Shown here: in pieces, positions 36,309-46,260 of the stretch | How the letters are laid out: each line of letters opens with the position of its first letter | Numbering within the stretch: the stretch's first letter is position 1 | Made by a program: the position numbers and the translations under genes | The notes under the pieces: model-generated | What the model saw: the letters and a program-made list of their open reading frames with translations, nothing else | What the model was told of the DNA's origin: nothing | Databases searched by the model: none | Source of the DNA: Amphiscolops sp. MND2022 | Lineage: Eukaryota | Direction of reading: 5' to 3' | DNA length: 64,000 nucleotides | NCBI GenBank assembly: GCA_964187785.1 | Contig: OZ076409.1 | Span: 8,310,001 to 8,374,000, forward strand

Positions 36309-39300
36309 CTAGTATCTGTATTCATCAGTAAAGTTGGGGGTAGGGTTAGGTCGAAGATTGTATTTCCCTCCTCTAGGGCTCGAATTTTCATTTGAATTTC
36401 CATTTTTTGATATTCCGGGCACGGTAATATCTGCGCCTTTGTTTGAAACGTTTTCCGTATCTTGTAAATCATTAGTGACGTCATTTTCATTCTCAGTGCG
36501 CTGTGACGTTTGAGTCGGGGGGGACGGTTCGTCACTGCTATTGTTCTCTCTCGGGGATATTTCGTCCTCGGTAACGTCATATTCTGTCGTACGCTCATTG
36601 TAACTTTCATTGCTGACGCGTTCGTTCTCGGTGACGTAATTTCTTGTCGTGCGCTCGCTGCAGCTTTCATTGATAGTTCTTTCCTCGTCGGTAACGTCAT
36701 TGTCCGTATTAGTGGACTCGGCGTCCGTCGGCCGGCGTGTGGCCACGTCTGTCCAATTTTCCTTCCTCGGTTCAAATAAGTCGTACTCAAAGTCTACTTC
36801 CCATGAGATAGTGTACAAATCGTCTTGCGGGATTACTATCTCATTGTCGGGTTGTAGTTTTTCTCCATCGTATTTGTCCTCTAAAGGGGCATTCGGGACG
36901 AATTTCTTTAGTCTAATGCGATGAAGTATTTGAGTTTTATTTGTATTTAGACGACGGACAATATAATTGTCGTTGGACAGTACTTTTTGAATGACGAATG
37001 GTCCAATCCACCTGTATTCCTTGAATGGAATTTTTGATGCTTGACTGTCCGCTTTAGGTTGTAGAACAAAACAATAGTCCTTTTCTTTAAGCGGGGCAGC
37101 CTTTGCCTTTCGGTCGTAATAGTCCTTATATTTCAAATAAGACTGCATGATGTTCTTTTTCGTTTGATCTATGAGGATTTGTGTCCTCTGCTGTACTTCC
37201 TCCGCAAATTCTGTAGTTGGCAAAAAATTTTTATTGGGGTTATTTCCCAATTTGTGGTCTAGGACGTTATAGGGAATCCGGCCGTGGAAGACTTTACTCG
37301 GTTCGCATCCAATACTAGAGTGGTATGTGGTATTGTAGTTGAGTACTGCTAATGGTAAATATTTATGCCATTGGCGTCGATATTCCCCTGAGGCCATTTT
37401 CAAATTTGTTTTGAGTGAGGCATGCGTCCTTTCGAGTTTGCCAATTGTTTGCGGGTGCTTTGTAGTAGCACATTTGAGTGTTATACCCAAAATTTGAGTT
37501 ATCTCAGCTATGATGGTCGATGTAAATGCGGACCCTTTGTCTGTGATGAGAGTTGTTGGTAAATATGAATGTTTCGTCATGATATCAATTATCACCTTGG
37601 CTACATTCGTGGCTGTTGCCTCAATTAGCGGGTAGGCGAATAAGTACCTTGAGAATACATCTATAGCTGTCATCACCGTCTGGTATCCGCCACTAGTCGG
37701 TAAGTTTGGTAATAAGTCTATCTGCATGGCATCTTCTGGACCAAGGTCCCATTCGGGCAAGTTCAACAATTCTGGTGTAATTGTATTATTTGGGACTCTT
37801 TTGTCTCTAGCGCACGTTTCGCATCCCTCTACCCATTTTTTAACGTATTTTGCTATGCCAGGGTAGTAATATTTTTGGCGGATCTCTTGCAGCATTTTAG
37901 AGATGCCAGGATGTCGATGTGCCGTGCCATGTATTGCTTGCAGTAGTTCTTTCAACAGGTGCTTTGGTAGTAAGATTTGGTGGTATTTGATTTGTCCCGT
38001 TTCGTCGTAATACTGTCGGGTCACTATTTCGTCCTTGAGGACTATACGGTCTAAATTATTTAAATAATGTTTATACCGGCTGTCCTGCTGAAGGATTTCC
38101 TCAGAGTATTCTTCATTTTGAATTTTTGCTTTTAAATGAAGCAAAATCGGATCTTTGGATTGTTCTAGTAGTATTTGGTTGGTTCTACGTAGTTTCTGGG
38201 TGAAATTGGTAATTTCATCCACTACATTTTCAGATATAGTATCTATTTGGATGACGGTCTCGTCGACCTTGAGTCCTGCTTTTGATTGTCTTTTCCTTTC
38301 CCAAATTTGTTCTTCTGTTTCATTGTCTTCTTCGGTAAAGAACACTTGTTCTTCTTCAGACACGCCGGCTGATTGGACATTGACTTCAATGGGTTGGGTT
38401 TCAACGTCCGCTCGGATTTTTAGGACTAACTTTTCAGTGGGGTCCATTTCCATGCGGGACAGGTAGTCCGCCGCTGTGTTGTTTTTGCCTGGAATGTGCG
38501 CTATAGTGAAATTGAACTGAATGACAAAGTCACACGCGTTCCATAATGGCGGCGGTATTATTTTAGTCTGGAAGAACCTTGTGACCGATTTGTTATCTGT
38601 GAGGATAATCACCGGCTTAGGTGTGCCCCAGAATATATGTCCAAATTCTTTGAAGGCGTAATAGATGGCTAAGAATTCCTTCGCATAAATTGACATTTTA
38701 AGTTGTGAAGGAGTAAAAGTTTTTGAACCATATGCAATAGGCGCATAGGATTTCTTGGTTGAGGTAAATTTCTGATTTGGATCATCTTCAGTAAGTATAG
38801 CATATCCGGCTGCTGTAAAGCTAGCATCTGTCATCAGGACTAGCTGTCGATTTGGCAAGGGCTGCCTAAGGGCCAGCTGGGTGCATCTGTCCAAATCTCT
38901 ATTGATCTCGTTGAATTGTTCGATCAGTTCCGTTGTGACTAAGACCTTTTCGTCTTTCTTTAATAGTTGAAAGAAAGGGACTAATTTTTCTGATAACCTC
39001 GGTATGTAGTTTCTATAATAATTAAGGAATCCGAGGTAACGTTGTAAGGCTTTTTTGGATTTTGGGAATTTCGTTTTTTCTAGGAATTGTGTGACTCGTT
39101 CCTTCTGGGGCTTGACACCCTCAGGGGTGATTGTCCTTCCTAAGAAATCAATCTCAGTTGCTCCAAAGTGGCATTTATGCATCGTTAATTTCAATCCAGC
39201 CTCTCGGATGCATTCGAAAGTTGCTCTGAGATTTTTAATGAGATGCTCCGCGTCGTTGGCTGCAATGCCAATATCGTCCACGTATTGGGCACATTGATCG

Positions 39301-41456
39301 GCTTTGATGACACGGTCCAAATATTCTCTCATAAAACTGGAGAATGCCGATAAGGCTCTGCTGAGACCTTGGGCCAATCTTCGATATGCGAACGTTCGGC
39401 TGGCAAAGTTGAAGGCCAACATCTCTATAGACCGTTGGTCCGCCATTTGAAGGCAGTGGTACGCTTGCGAACAGTCAAGTTTACAGAAAAGTTTCTTTCC
39501 GGCCATATGTTGAGCAGCGTCCGTTAAGGTGCTGACTGGATGGTTGTTGTTGATATAATCATCAGAAATAAGATTGTTGATCTTCCTGAGGTCTACCAGT
39601 AGTCGTAGTTTCCCATTAGGCTTCTTTTGTGCAAAGATAGGGCTAGCGTACTTTGAGAATGGTAATGTTGTTATAATTCCATATTTGTGTAGTGACGCTA
39701 ATTCGACCAGTATGTCCTCTTTTAAATTGACCGGAGTTGGTAAGCTCTGGCTGTAGGCAGGAGAGTCGTCCTTTGGGGTCAATTTGACCGTGAACTCCTC
39801 ATTCATACCGATGTCAAACCTATGACGGGCAAATATGTCGTGAAATTCGACTAATAGCGCTTCTATCTGTTTGATTTCATGCTGTTGTAGCATTGAGTCC
39901 TTCCAGTCAAAGTTACTGAGGAATTTTTGTCGAGATTCTTCATTGTCTTGTGGGTTGAGTTTTTCTGCTTCTTGCAGGTTTCGTAATTCTCTAAGAATTC
40001 TCTTTTGTATTGGAGTATGGGACTCTTCGTCCCCTGGGTTTTCGGGTGTTGGAAACCAGTATTGTTCGTATTGGTCATTGTTCCTGTTGGCTTTGAGAAG
40101 ACTGCTGATATAATAAATAGCGTCTTCTTCATTTTCATTGAGTAGGTGCCAAGTGGACACTGGGTCTATTGGCCTAACGTGCTTCATTTGCTCTGGAGTC
40201 ATCACAGAGAAATTCGCTATGTGCATCCCTTTTTTGAGTTTAAAGGGCTGATCAGTGAAGTTGTTGACATGGATCCTCGTAGTCCCTTCGTCCAATGTGA
40301 CTATGGCGGCACAAAATGTTATATCATTTTCTTCATTTAGAAGGTCACTGGGTTGTAAGATTCCAGTGACAGCGTTTTCTGCATAAATTTGAGATTGGAT
40401 AGGGATGATTGTGCGTCCATTTGGGGGAATCGTTATATCCTCGGGGTTGAGGATGGGTTCCATCACATTGGAGTACTTATGGTCAGCTGTTTTCAATTGC
40501 ATCGAGAAGAAGGGAAAGTTAAGTATGCCTTGGCGCATATCTAGGACTGTGTGGTTTCTTTGTAAGAACATAAGTCCGATTATGGGGCTGGATAATTTTT
40601 CCATCACTATGAAGATTTCGTGGAACTCTATGTCCCCTACTTCGAACTTCAGTTCTACTGTACTCTTCGGAGTTTCCAGGTCTCCATTGGCGACCATAAT
40701 TTGGAATGACGGGGCAGGACCCTCTTTCACTATTGATTGGGGTGCAAGTAGCCGTATTTTCCTAAGGTCAGCTTCTGGTATCGCACTGGAGTGGGCCCCA
40801 GTGTCTATGAGACCATCTAATGTTAGTTCTCCAAAGTCCATTGGGAAATATAGCATCCTCCTTTTGATTTTGAGGCCAAGGTTGGTGGAGAGGGGAACGT
40901 ATGACGGTTCTCCTTGTTTTTCCACTAAAATGTGCAAGAAGGCTGTTTCGTCTAAAAGGCTATCGGGGCCTTGAAAGTCTTCTTGTTCTTGAGTTTCCTC
41001 TATTTCTTCTAAAAGTGCTTCGGAATTTGGCTGCCAAAGTTCAATGAGGGCTCTGGATAGTTTATTGTCCACTATCGGGGGATCATCCTCATCGTCCGTT
41101 GGTGGATATTCGTCTTGTCTAAACTGGAGTTTTTGTCTGTCGTAGAGTTCGTCGTCCCAATACGGGTCTTTGCCGTAATCAGGATCGAGGTATTGAGGGT
41201 GATAATCTTCGATCAGGGGTAAGGGACGGAATTGAGTCTCGAAGTCTTTAGTATAGTCTATTTCGTAAAATCGGTCTGGGCGATCATTATGTACTATTTT
41301 ATAAGTTCGGATACAGGCTTTTTCCATTTGTTGCTGCCAGACAACAGTGGGAATTCCTTTTGTATCCTTGATTATTTGGCTGTATTTGATTATTGGAGGA
41401 TCTGAAATGACATATTGTCGAACCGACATGTAGTCATGTATTTGGAGTCGTGGCAA
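36309..41456 (-). CDS. pol: Pol polyprotein (protease, dUTPase-like spacer, RT, RNase H, integrase), translated by -1 frameshift from gag
   Basis: LIDTGA (protease), KLDCSQAY/YVDD (RT), TDAS...ADYLSR (RNase H), H..AH.HPG...CETC, QIDLL/TDKGSAF/LERTH (integrase) and WIGPF (GPY/F motif). Confidence 0.97.
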   Translation of the reverse strand: MPRLQIHDYMSVRQYVISDPPIIKYSQIIKDTKGIPTVVWQQQMEKACIRTYKIVHNDRPDRFYEIDYTKDFETQFRPLPLIEDYHPQYLDPDYGKDPYWDDELYDRQKLQFRQDEYPPTDDEDDPPIVDNKLSRALIELWQPNSEALLEEIEETQEQEDFQGPDSLLDETAFLHILVEKQGEPSYVPLSTNLGLKIKRRMLYFPMDFGELTLDGLIDTGAHSSAIPEADLRKIRLLAPQSIVKEGPAPSFQIMVANGDLETPKSTVELKFEVGDIEFHEIFIVMEKLSSPIIGLMFLQRNHTVLDMRQGILNFPFFSMQLKTADHKYSNVMEPILNPEDITIPPNGRTIIPIQSQIYAENAVTGILQPSDLLNEENDITFCAAIVTLDEGTTRIHVNNFTDQPFKLKKGMHIANFSVMTPEQMKHVRPIDPVSTWHLLNENEEDAIYYISSLLKANRNNDQYEQYWFPTPENPGDEESHTPIQKRILRELRNLQEAEKLNPQDNEESRQKFLSNFDWKDSMLQQHEIKQIEALLVEFHDIFARHRFDIGMNEEFTVKLTPKDDSPAYSQSLPTPVNLKEDILVELASLHKYGIITTLPFSKYASPIFAQKKPNGKLRLLVDLRKINNLISDDYINNNHPVSTLTDAAQHMAGKKLFCKLDCSQAYHCLQMADQRSIEMLAFNFASRTFAYRRLAQGLSRALSAFSSFMREYLDRVIKADQCAQYVDDIGIAANDAEHLIKNLRATFECIREAGLKLTMHKCHFGATEIDFLGRTITPEGVKPQKERVTQFLEKTKFPKSKKALQRYLGFLNYYRNYIPRLSEKLVPFFQLLKKDEKVLVTTELIEQFNEINRDLDRCTQLALRQPLPNRQLVLMTDASFTAAGYAILTEDDPNQKFTSTKKSYAPIAYGSKTFTPSQLKMSIYAKEFLAIYYAFKEFGHIFWGTPKPVIILTDNKSVTRFFQTKIIPPPLWNACDFVIQFNFTIAHIPGKNNTAADYLSRMEMDPTEKLVLKIRADVETQPIEVNVQSAGVSEEEQVFFTEEDNETEEQIWERKRQSKAGLKVDETVIQIDTISENVVDEITNFTQKLRRTNQILLEQSKDPILLHLKAKIQNEEYSEEILQQDSRYKHYLNNLDRIVLKDEIVTRQYYDETGQIKYHQILLPKHLLKELLQAIHGTAHRHPGISKMLQEIRQKYYYPGIAKYVKKWVEGCETCARDKRVPNNTITPELLNLPEWDLGPEDAMQIDLLPNLPTSGGYQTVMTAIDVFSRYLFAYPLIEATATNVAKVIIDIMTKHSYLPTTLITDKGSAFTSTIIAEITQILGITLKCATTKHPQTIGKLERTHASLKTNLKMASGEYRRQWHKYLPLAVLNYNTTYHSSIGCEPSKVFHGRIPYNVLDHKLGNNPNKNFLPTTEFAEEVQQRTQILIDQTKKNIMQSYLKYKDYYDRKAKAAPLKEKDYCFVLQPKADSQASKIPFKEYRWIGPFVIQKVLSNDNYIVRRLNTNKTQILHRIRLKKFVPNAPLEDKYDGEKLQPDNEIVIPQDDLYTISWEVDFEYDLFEPRKENWTDVATRRPTDAESTNTDNDVTDEERTINESCSERTTRNYVTENERVSNESYNERTTEYDVTEDEISPRENNSSDEPSPPTQTSQRTENENDVTNDLQDTENVSNKGADITVPGISKNGNSNENSSPRGGKYNLRPNPTPNFTDEYRY

Positions 41457-41458
41457 AA

Positions 41459-43147
41459 TTAGTTTTTTGAATCAGATTTTTTAGTATTGGATTGGCTTGA
41501 AGTAGCCGTTTCTGAGTCATTTGCTTTTTTAGGCTTTCCTTCGGAGTCTATAGCATTTCGGTCATTTTGTTCTGTCTGCATCCTTTTGGGTCGCAGGTGG
41601 GCGCCAGCGCCTTGCCAGCATCTTTCGGTTGGGTGGTTCTTTTTGCCACATGTGTCACACGGTGGGTAAGTTGGACGTTGAGGTTTTTTACCGTCTTTGT
41701 CCTCCATTTCCTTTTTCTTCTTGAGTTTCGGGCAGTTTTTGTAATAATGACCTGTCGCTTTGCAGTATGAGCATTGGGCGTCTTTATTTGTGTTGATACC
41801 ATTAGACAATAAGTTGTTATGGCTCGTGGACGCCGAGGCCATAGTGGCCATTGGTAGATCATCTGACTCTTCTAATGCATTGAGTTCCAGTTCTCTTTCA
41901 AGATGAGCTACTATTTCTTCATACGTGCCATTCTCCAGACGGGCCATGTTGACAGATCGTTTCAGTTTTGGGGGTAATTTCGCGTATAACAAGCTGTCGA
42001 TCATGCTTTTAGCGTTTTCCCCAAATGCTTTTTCTGCACCTTGGTTTAGTTCTTCCAAGAAGTCTGGTAGTTTCATTGTACTTGGGTCGAAGGTTAATCG
42101 GTGCCATTTATGCTTTGCTGTTGCTTGTGATTCCGGTTTGACATATTTCCTCCGGAATATGACCAGTACGTCCTCGAGAGTTTGACGGTTGATTGAGTTT
42201 ATGTTCCTGAATGTCTGTAATGCTCCCTTTCGTAGCAAAGAATGAAAGTGATTAATTTTCATTTGTTCTGTCATTGTGGGCTGCATTTTGATCATCGTAT
42301 GGAACAAGTCCTCAAAGAGCTCAAATTTCTCACTTTTCCCATCAAATGTCATCGGGGTTGTTTGTACGGGTCTGATTGTCATAGATTGCGGTTTGTTTTG
42401 CAAATTGACCAATACGTCGGCTAATCTATTAAACGGGTCCTGAGGAGGTTCAGGAGCCTCTGGGGCCGGGGCTGGCAGAGTCGTGTCCAGAGAGATATTG
42501 TGGGTAGATTGTTGTCTCTCTAGGTTCGGGATTGAGTGGATTCGTCCGGTCAGAAATTCGGGAATTTGCGGTTGGGTGTCGGTAGCTCCTGTCACCATGT
42601 AAGAACCATGACCCATGGTATCTCTTAAATCTCCTACAGATCTTGAATCTTTCTTTGCAATTTTTATTTTAGGCCCGGGTGCGCTTTCCCTGTTCTCCTG
42701 ACTATTTGGAGACGAACTGGCCTCAGTGTCCCTGTGTCCCATAGAGGACATCGAGTTTGCAATATTCTGGATTTCTGGAATAACTCTTTCAGCTATAGCT
42801 GTCGATATAGCCCCATTTATTTGGCTATGCATTATTGACATCATAGATTCCATTTCTTGAGACAATCTAAGATTAAACTCACTTGAAAAGGCTTCAAAGG
42901 ATTGCCTGACTTCGTTTTGTCTCAAAGGTTCATTTTCATGTAAGTAACCTCTAAACTCATTTTCATGGTACACATTCGTATCACCGTCCCCGTGGGCCGA
43001 TGACTGATCTATTGCTTCAGCTAGCTCTCTTTCAATGGGATTGTTATTTTCATTTCCCAGCATCACATCTAGGTTATCATAGTCGGACAGTATGTCCATT
43101 TCTCTAGATCTCCTAGCTTTGGCTTTCTGTCGTCTAGTGGAAGGCAT
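41459..43147 (-). CDS. gag: Gag (562 aa) with two zinc knuckles; starts inside the 5' LTR
   Basis: Capsid-like TFDGKSEKFELFEDLF region, with CSYCKATGHYYKNC and CDTCGKKNHPTERC knuckles. Confidence 0.95.
   Translation of the reverse strand: MPSTRRQKAKARRSREMDILSDYDNLDVMLGNENNNPIERELAEAIDQSSAHGDGDTNVYHENEFRGYLHENEPLRQNEVRQSFEAFSSEFNLRLSQEMESMMSIMHSQINGAISTAIAERVIPEIQNIANSMSSMGHRDTEASSSPNSQENRESAPGPKIKIAKKDSRSVGDLRDTMGHGSYMVTGATDTQPQIPEFLTGRIHSIPNLERQQSTHNISLDTTLPAPAPEAPEPPQDPFNRLADVLVNLQNKPQSMTIRPVQTTPMTFDGKSEKFELFEDLFHTMIKMQPTMTEQMKINHFHSLLRKGALQTFRNINSINRQTLEDVLVIFRRKYVKPESQATAKHKWHRLTFDPSTMKLPDFLEELNQGAEKAFGENAKSMIDSLLYAKLPPKLKRSVNMARLENGTYEEIVAHLERELELNALEESDDLPMATMASASTSHNNLLSNGINTNKDAQCSYCKATGHYYKNCPKLKKKKEMEDKDGKKPQRPTYPPCDTCGKKNHPTERCWQGAGAHLRPKRMQTEQNDRNAIDSEGKPKKANDSETATSSQSNTKKSDSKN
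41462..41468 (-). promoter_or_regulatory. -1 ribosomal frameshift heptamer A AAA AAC
   Basis: TCA AAA AAC TAA lies at the gag end, and the -1 frame continues K-L-I-L-P-R-L-Q into pol. The identical heptamer is present in element 2. Confidence 0.85.
42586..42597 (-). promoter_or_regulatory. Primer-binding site TGGTGACAGGAG (tRNA-Leu-like, inferred)
   Basis: It begins with TGG directly after the LTR CA. The identical 12-mer follows the element 2 LTR. It is one mismatch from the TGGTGTCAGGAG Leu-type PBS. Confidence 0.8.
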
Positions 43148-44157
43148 AAGAGATTATTGCAAGAGGCAAGAATTTAAATTAATATCTTGGGCTTGCAAAG
43201 TGAAAATGAACGGGTAGTTTTAATAAACAATTCGCAACAGTAACACATCAAAGTATCATCAGGTTAATTCTGTCTCCGAGCCCACCAGTCCCGGTTATAT
43301 ATATTTGAATTTGCATGACACTCAATAAAATGGTGGTCATAATCTAAAAATAGCCTTAAAGGCTTTCTAAATATAGCTACAATCTATAAATAGCAGGCAA
43401 CGTCAACATTACATCATGTAGATCAAAGGTCCCTCTTGGCGGCAAATATGGCGGTGGGACCATGAGTCCGTTAGGACAAGCAACTGCTTACATGCGTACT
43501 AATCAACGTGCTACATGTATGAAATACATATTACATGTATGAAATGCTTATTACATGTATAGATGGTAACTTTACATATATTCTAAATATATCGCGCAAA
43601 TTACATATAAAGCAACACCATCAAACTAAGTCTAAAATATTAAGTCAGTCCTTTGAGGACTAATAGCGCCTTTTATTAGCTATCAAAAGATTAATTATTA
43701 CATAACCAGTACTGCTAGATAGAATAGCACTCTCAATTAAAGCGCGGACTCAGTGTCCAATAGACTGGTACAGCCCAGCGCTTTATTAGCAGGCGGCATA
43801 TAGCCGTCTAGTCTTTTAATTCTATTAAGCCAGCACGAGTAAAGGTTACATAACACTGCGCTATGATTGGATGACGAGTTAGTCGGACTTGCGGACCAAG
43901 GCGACAGGCAAGAAAACATTTGAACGCGTTTCCTTTACCTGTACGCCTTGGTGTCCAATTAACTCGTATTAATGCATAGAATTACATAATATAACTTGCA
44001 CAAAATGAAATATATAGAGTTTTACATGACTTTTTAGAGCAACAATAATAGTTTTCCTTGTAAGTTTTCTAATTTAATGGAAGGGTGAAGGGTTCTGCTT
44101 TCTTGTAGCTATGGCAGATTGAGTATGTGTTGCCATCACAGGCGGACGCCTGGGACA
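42598..44157 (-). repeat. Element 1 5' LTR (1560 bp)
   Basis: TGTCCCAGG...GGTTCTTACA on the minus strand; repeat of 28554-30113. Confidence 0.97.
43295..43325 (-). promoter_or_regulatory. Putative LTR core promoter: TTGAGTGTCA + 12 nt + TATATATA
   Basis: The same two motifs with the same 12-nt spacing occur at 48619-48648 in the otherwise unalignable element 2 LTR. The site is ~150 nt upstream of the gag ATG. Confidence 0.6.
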
Positions 44158-45799
44158 AGGGGTATGTGAACATAGCTGACGACGCAATAATAAAAATTCC
44201 GACAAACTATGCAGGGACCACACTTATAAAATAGGGACCACACTTAGTCAGGAGAAATCGCTTGGGACCACACTTAGTCAGGAGTACCCAATTGATTGTG
44301 ATCTTCGAAGTCATGGATTGTCATACCATCTGTAATAATATTTAATTCTGAAAGAATAAATAAATGGGTTCAGAAAGTCTTCATAGCAAAAAGACACTCA
44401 GAACAAATGAGCGATTCGGCAAAGCCAAAGTCGAATAAACGTGAACATGTTTGACCCTGATCGGCGTGTGTCGCAATAAGCTATGTTGAAAAAACGATAT
44501 CTGAAATGACAGCTTCGTAATTTCGGTTTACTTAGTGCAATTTTCAACACTGTTTTTCTCAATTGAATAATAAAATTAGTAGTAACAAATAGTGCTCGAA
44601 TAGCATACAAATGTACCGAATTCAAGAAAGAAGAAAAACACTAACCGCTGTAAAAAGGTAAACAATGACAGGCAATAACTGTAAGCTCCAGGGACTCGAA
44701 ATTGGTTAGTTTTTTGATATCGAGTTTTTCTTCTACAATTATAGCGATGACTGCTGCTGACTAATAATACTAATCGAGTGTAATTGAAATTCTAGCCAAC
44801 AATAATTGAAAAGGATGGCCCCTTTAGCTATTTTTGGCGTGAACAGTCACTGACGAAATTGTCGAGCATAATATAATTTAAGAAAAAACTCCAATCACAG
44901 TGGCTAATGATCTGATTTTTTCTTCTTCAATTTGCTGAGATTTTGCTCGTTAAACAATTCTCTCGGAATAACTGAAAATTACTGGTGCGTAAATTAATTA
45001 AGCATCGAGAATCACAGTCGCAGTAATTTGGTTCTAAATGGTTTCAGAATTGCGTTTCAGGCTCTATTTATATGCATTTAGAGTATCTCCTGAGTCTACT
45101 TTAGAAACTGATCTAAGAGCTTTTGCTTTGTTCGAGAAAACATCAACCTACCTAGGCTTGCATCGTTCCGATAAACTCAAACAAATTGTTAAACAGTGTT
45201 TAAGTTAACATGCGTTGCTCTTCATCCAATTTTGCACAAGACAGTGACGAAACGAGACGATGACAAACGAAGTTGCCCGAACAGGCGCCGAGATCAGTGT
45301 CAGATCTTCGGCTAATTGCCGTCATCAATCTTTCACATGAAGAGATATCGCATTGTTTTGCCGAAGGATGTTTTTGTTGTCGTTCGGGTGAACGAACTGA
45401 ACTATTCGGTCAACTAATGAAAAGACATCATCAGTTACATAACATCAGTTTCGTGGTACGTCTCTTCAGTTTTGTGACTGATTCACAAAGCACGAAATCA
45501 GAAATTGCGCCGCTTTGCTGGTGTGAATAATTAGCCGATTAAAAGTTGATGATCAACTTTGTCACTAAGTTTACGTCTGTTACGACAAAACGAATTTTTG
45601 TCGGACGAAACTAATAAGACGATTTTTGCCTTTAATCGGGGGGTCTTTTCAGAAGTCAATTGCAACTCAAGTGGGCACATCTTCACAAGAAGGATCTCAG
45701 GTTAAACAAACTCGCGTCTCCCATGTATTTATTTGCTACTGGCAAATAATTGAAGCCCTCTCAAGCAGTATCGATTGTTTTGACAAGGATGCTGATTAG

Positions 45800-46260
45800 G
45801 TTACTTGTCTTGTGAAATACCCGAGAGGGCGTTTCTTGATTTATAACTCAATTTTACAAGATTACTTTTACAAGGCTTTCAACTGTACGTCAGCCAGCTT
45901 TCAGCAACTACATTTTAATGTCTCAAGGATAAAACATTTTCGATTGGCAAGGGAGAAAGTTTGCCTGAAAAGAAAATACAACAAATCCCATGTCTCGAGA
46001 CTCCCGACAGTTATTATTCAGTTCAAGCGCAGCAAATCTTCTCGGAATAACTGGACATGACTTAATTGCCATGAAATACACCACTATGGAATAAATACCA
46101 CTAGCATAGAATTTATTCAGAGAAGAATCGAGATAAGATTTACCCCAAAGAGTGAATATATCGGACAAATCCAAACTTATTTAAATTAAACCCCAAATTG
46201 ACTTTCTCAAAAGGGGATATTATAAAAGTTTGCTAACGTTCATTCACAACAAGGAAACTC
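45800..46260 (-). pseudogene. Possible highly degraded non-LTR (CR1/L2-like) RT 3' fragment
   Basis: Weak resemblance of ..WGKSYLDSSLNKF....IYSIVV.. to the KFLG..lDs.L.f..hi motif. Many frameshifts. Confidence 0.3.

Larger units (their letters stand above)
28554..44157 (-). mobile_element. Element 1: full-length Ty3/Gypsy LTR retrotransposon (15.6 kb) with two accessory genes
   Basis: 1560-bp TG...CA LTRs, 5-bp TSD AGGGG (28549-28553 / 44158-44162), PBS, PPT, and intact gag and pol in PR-RT-RH-IN order. Confidence 0.97.

Noticed and set aside
38155..40974. Plus-strand ORFs (60-189 aa) overlapping pol
   Set aside because: Antisense shadow frames of a long coding sequence, with no independent motifs.
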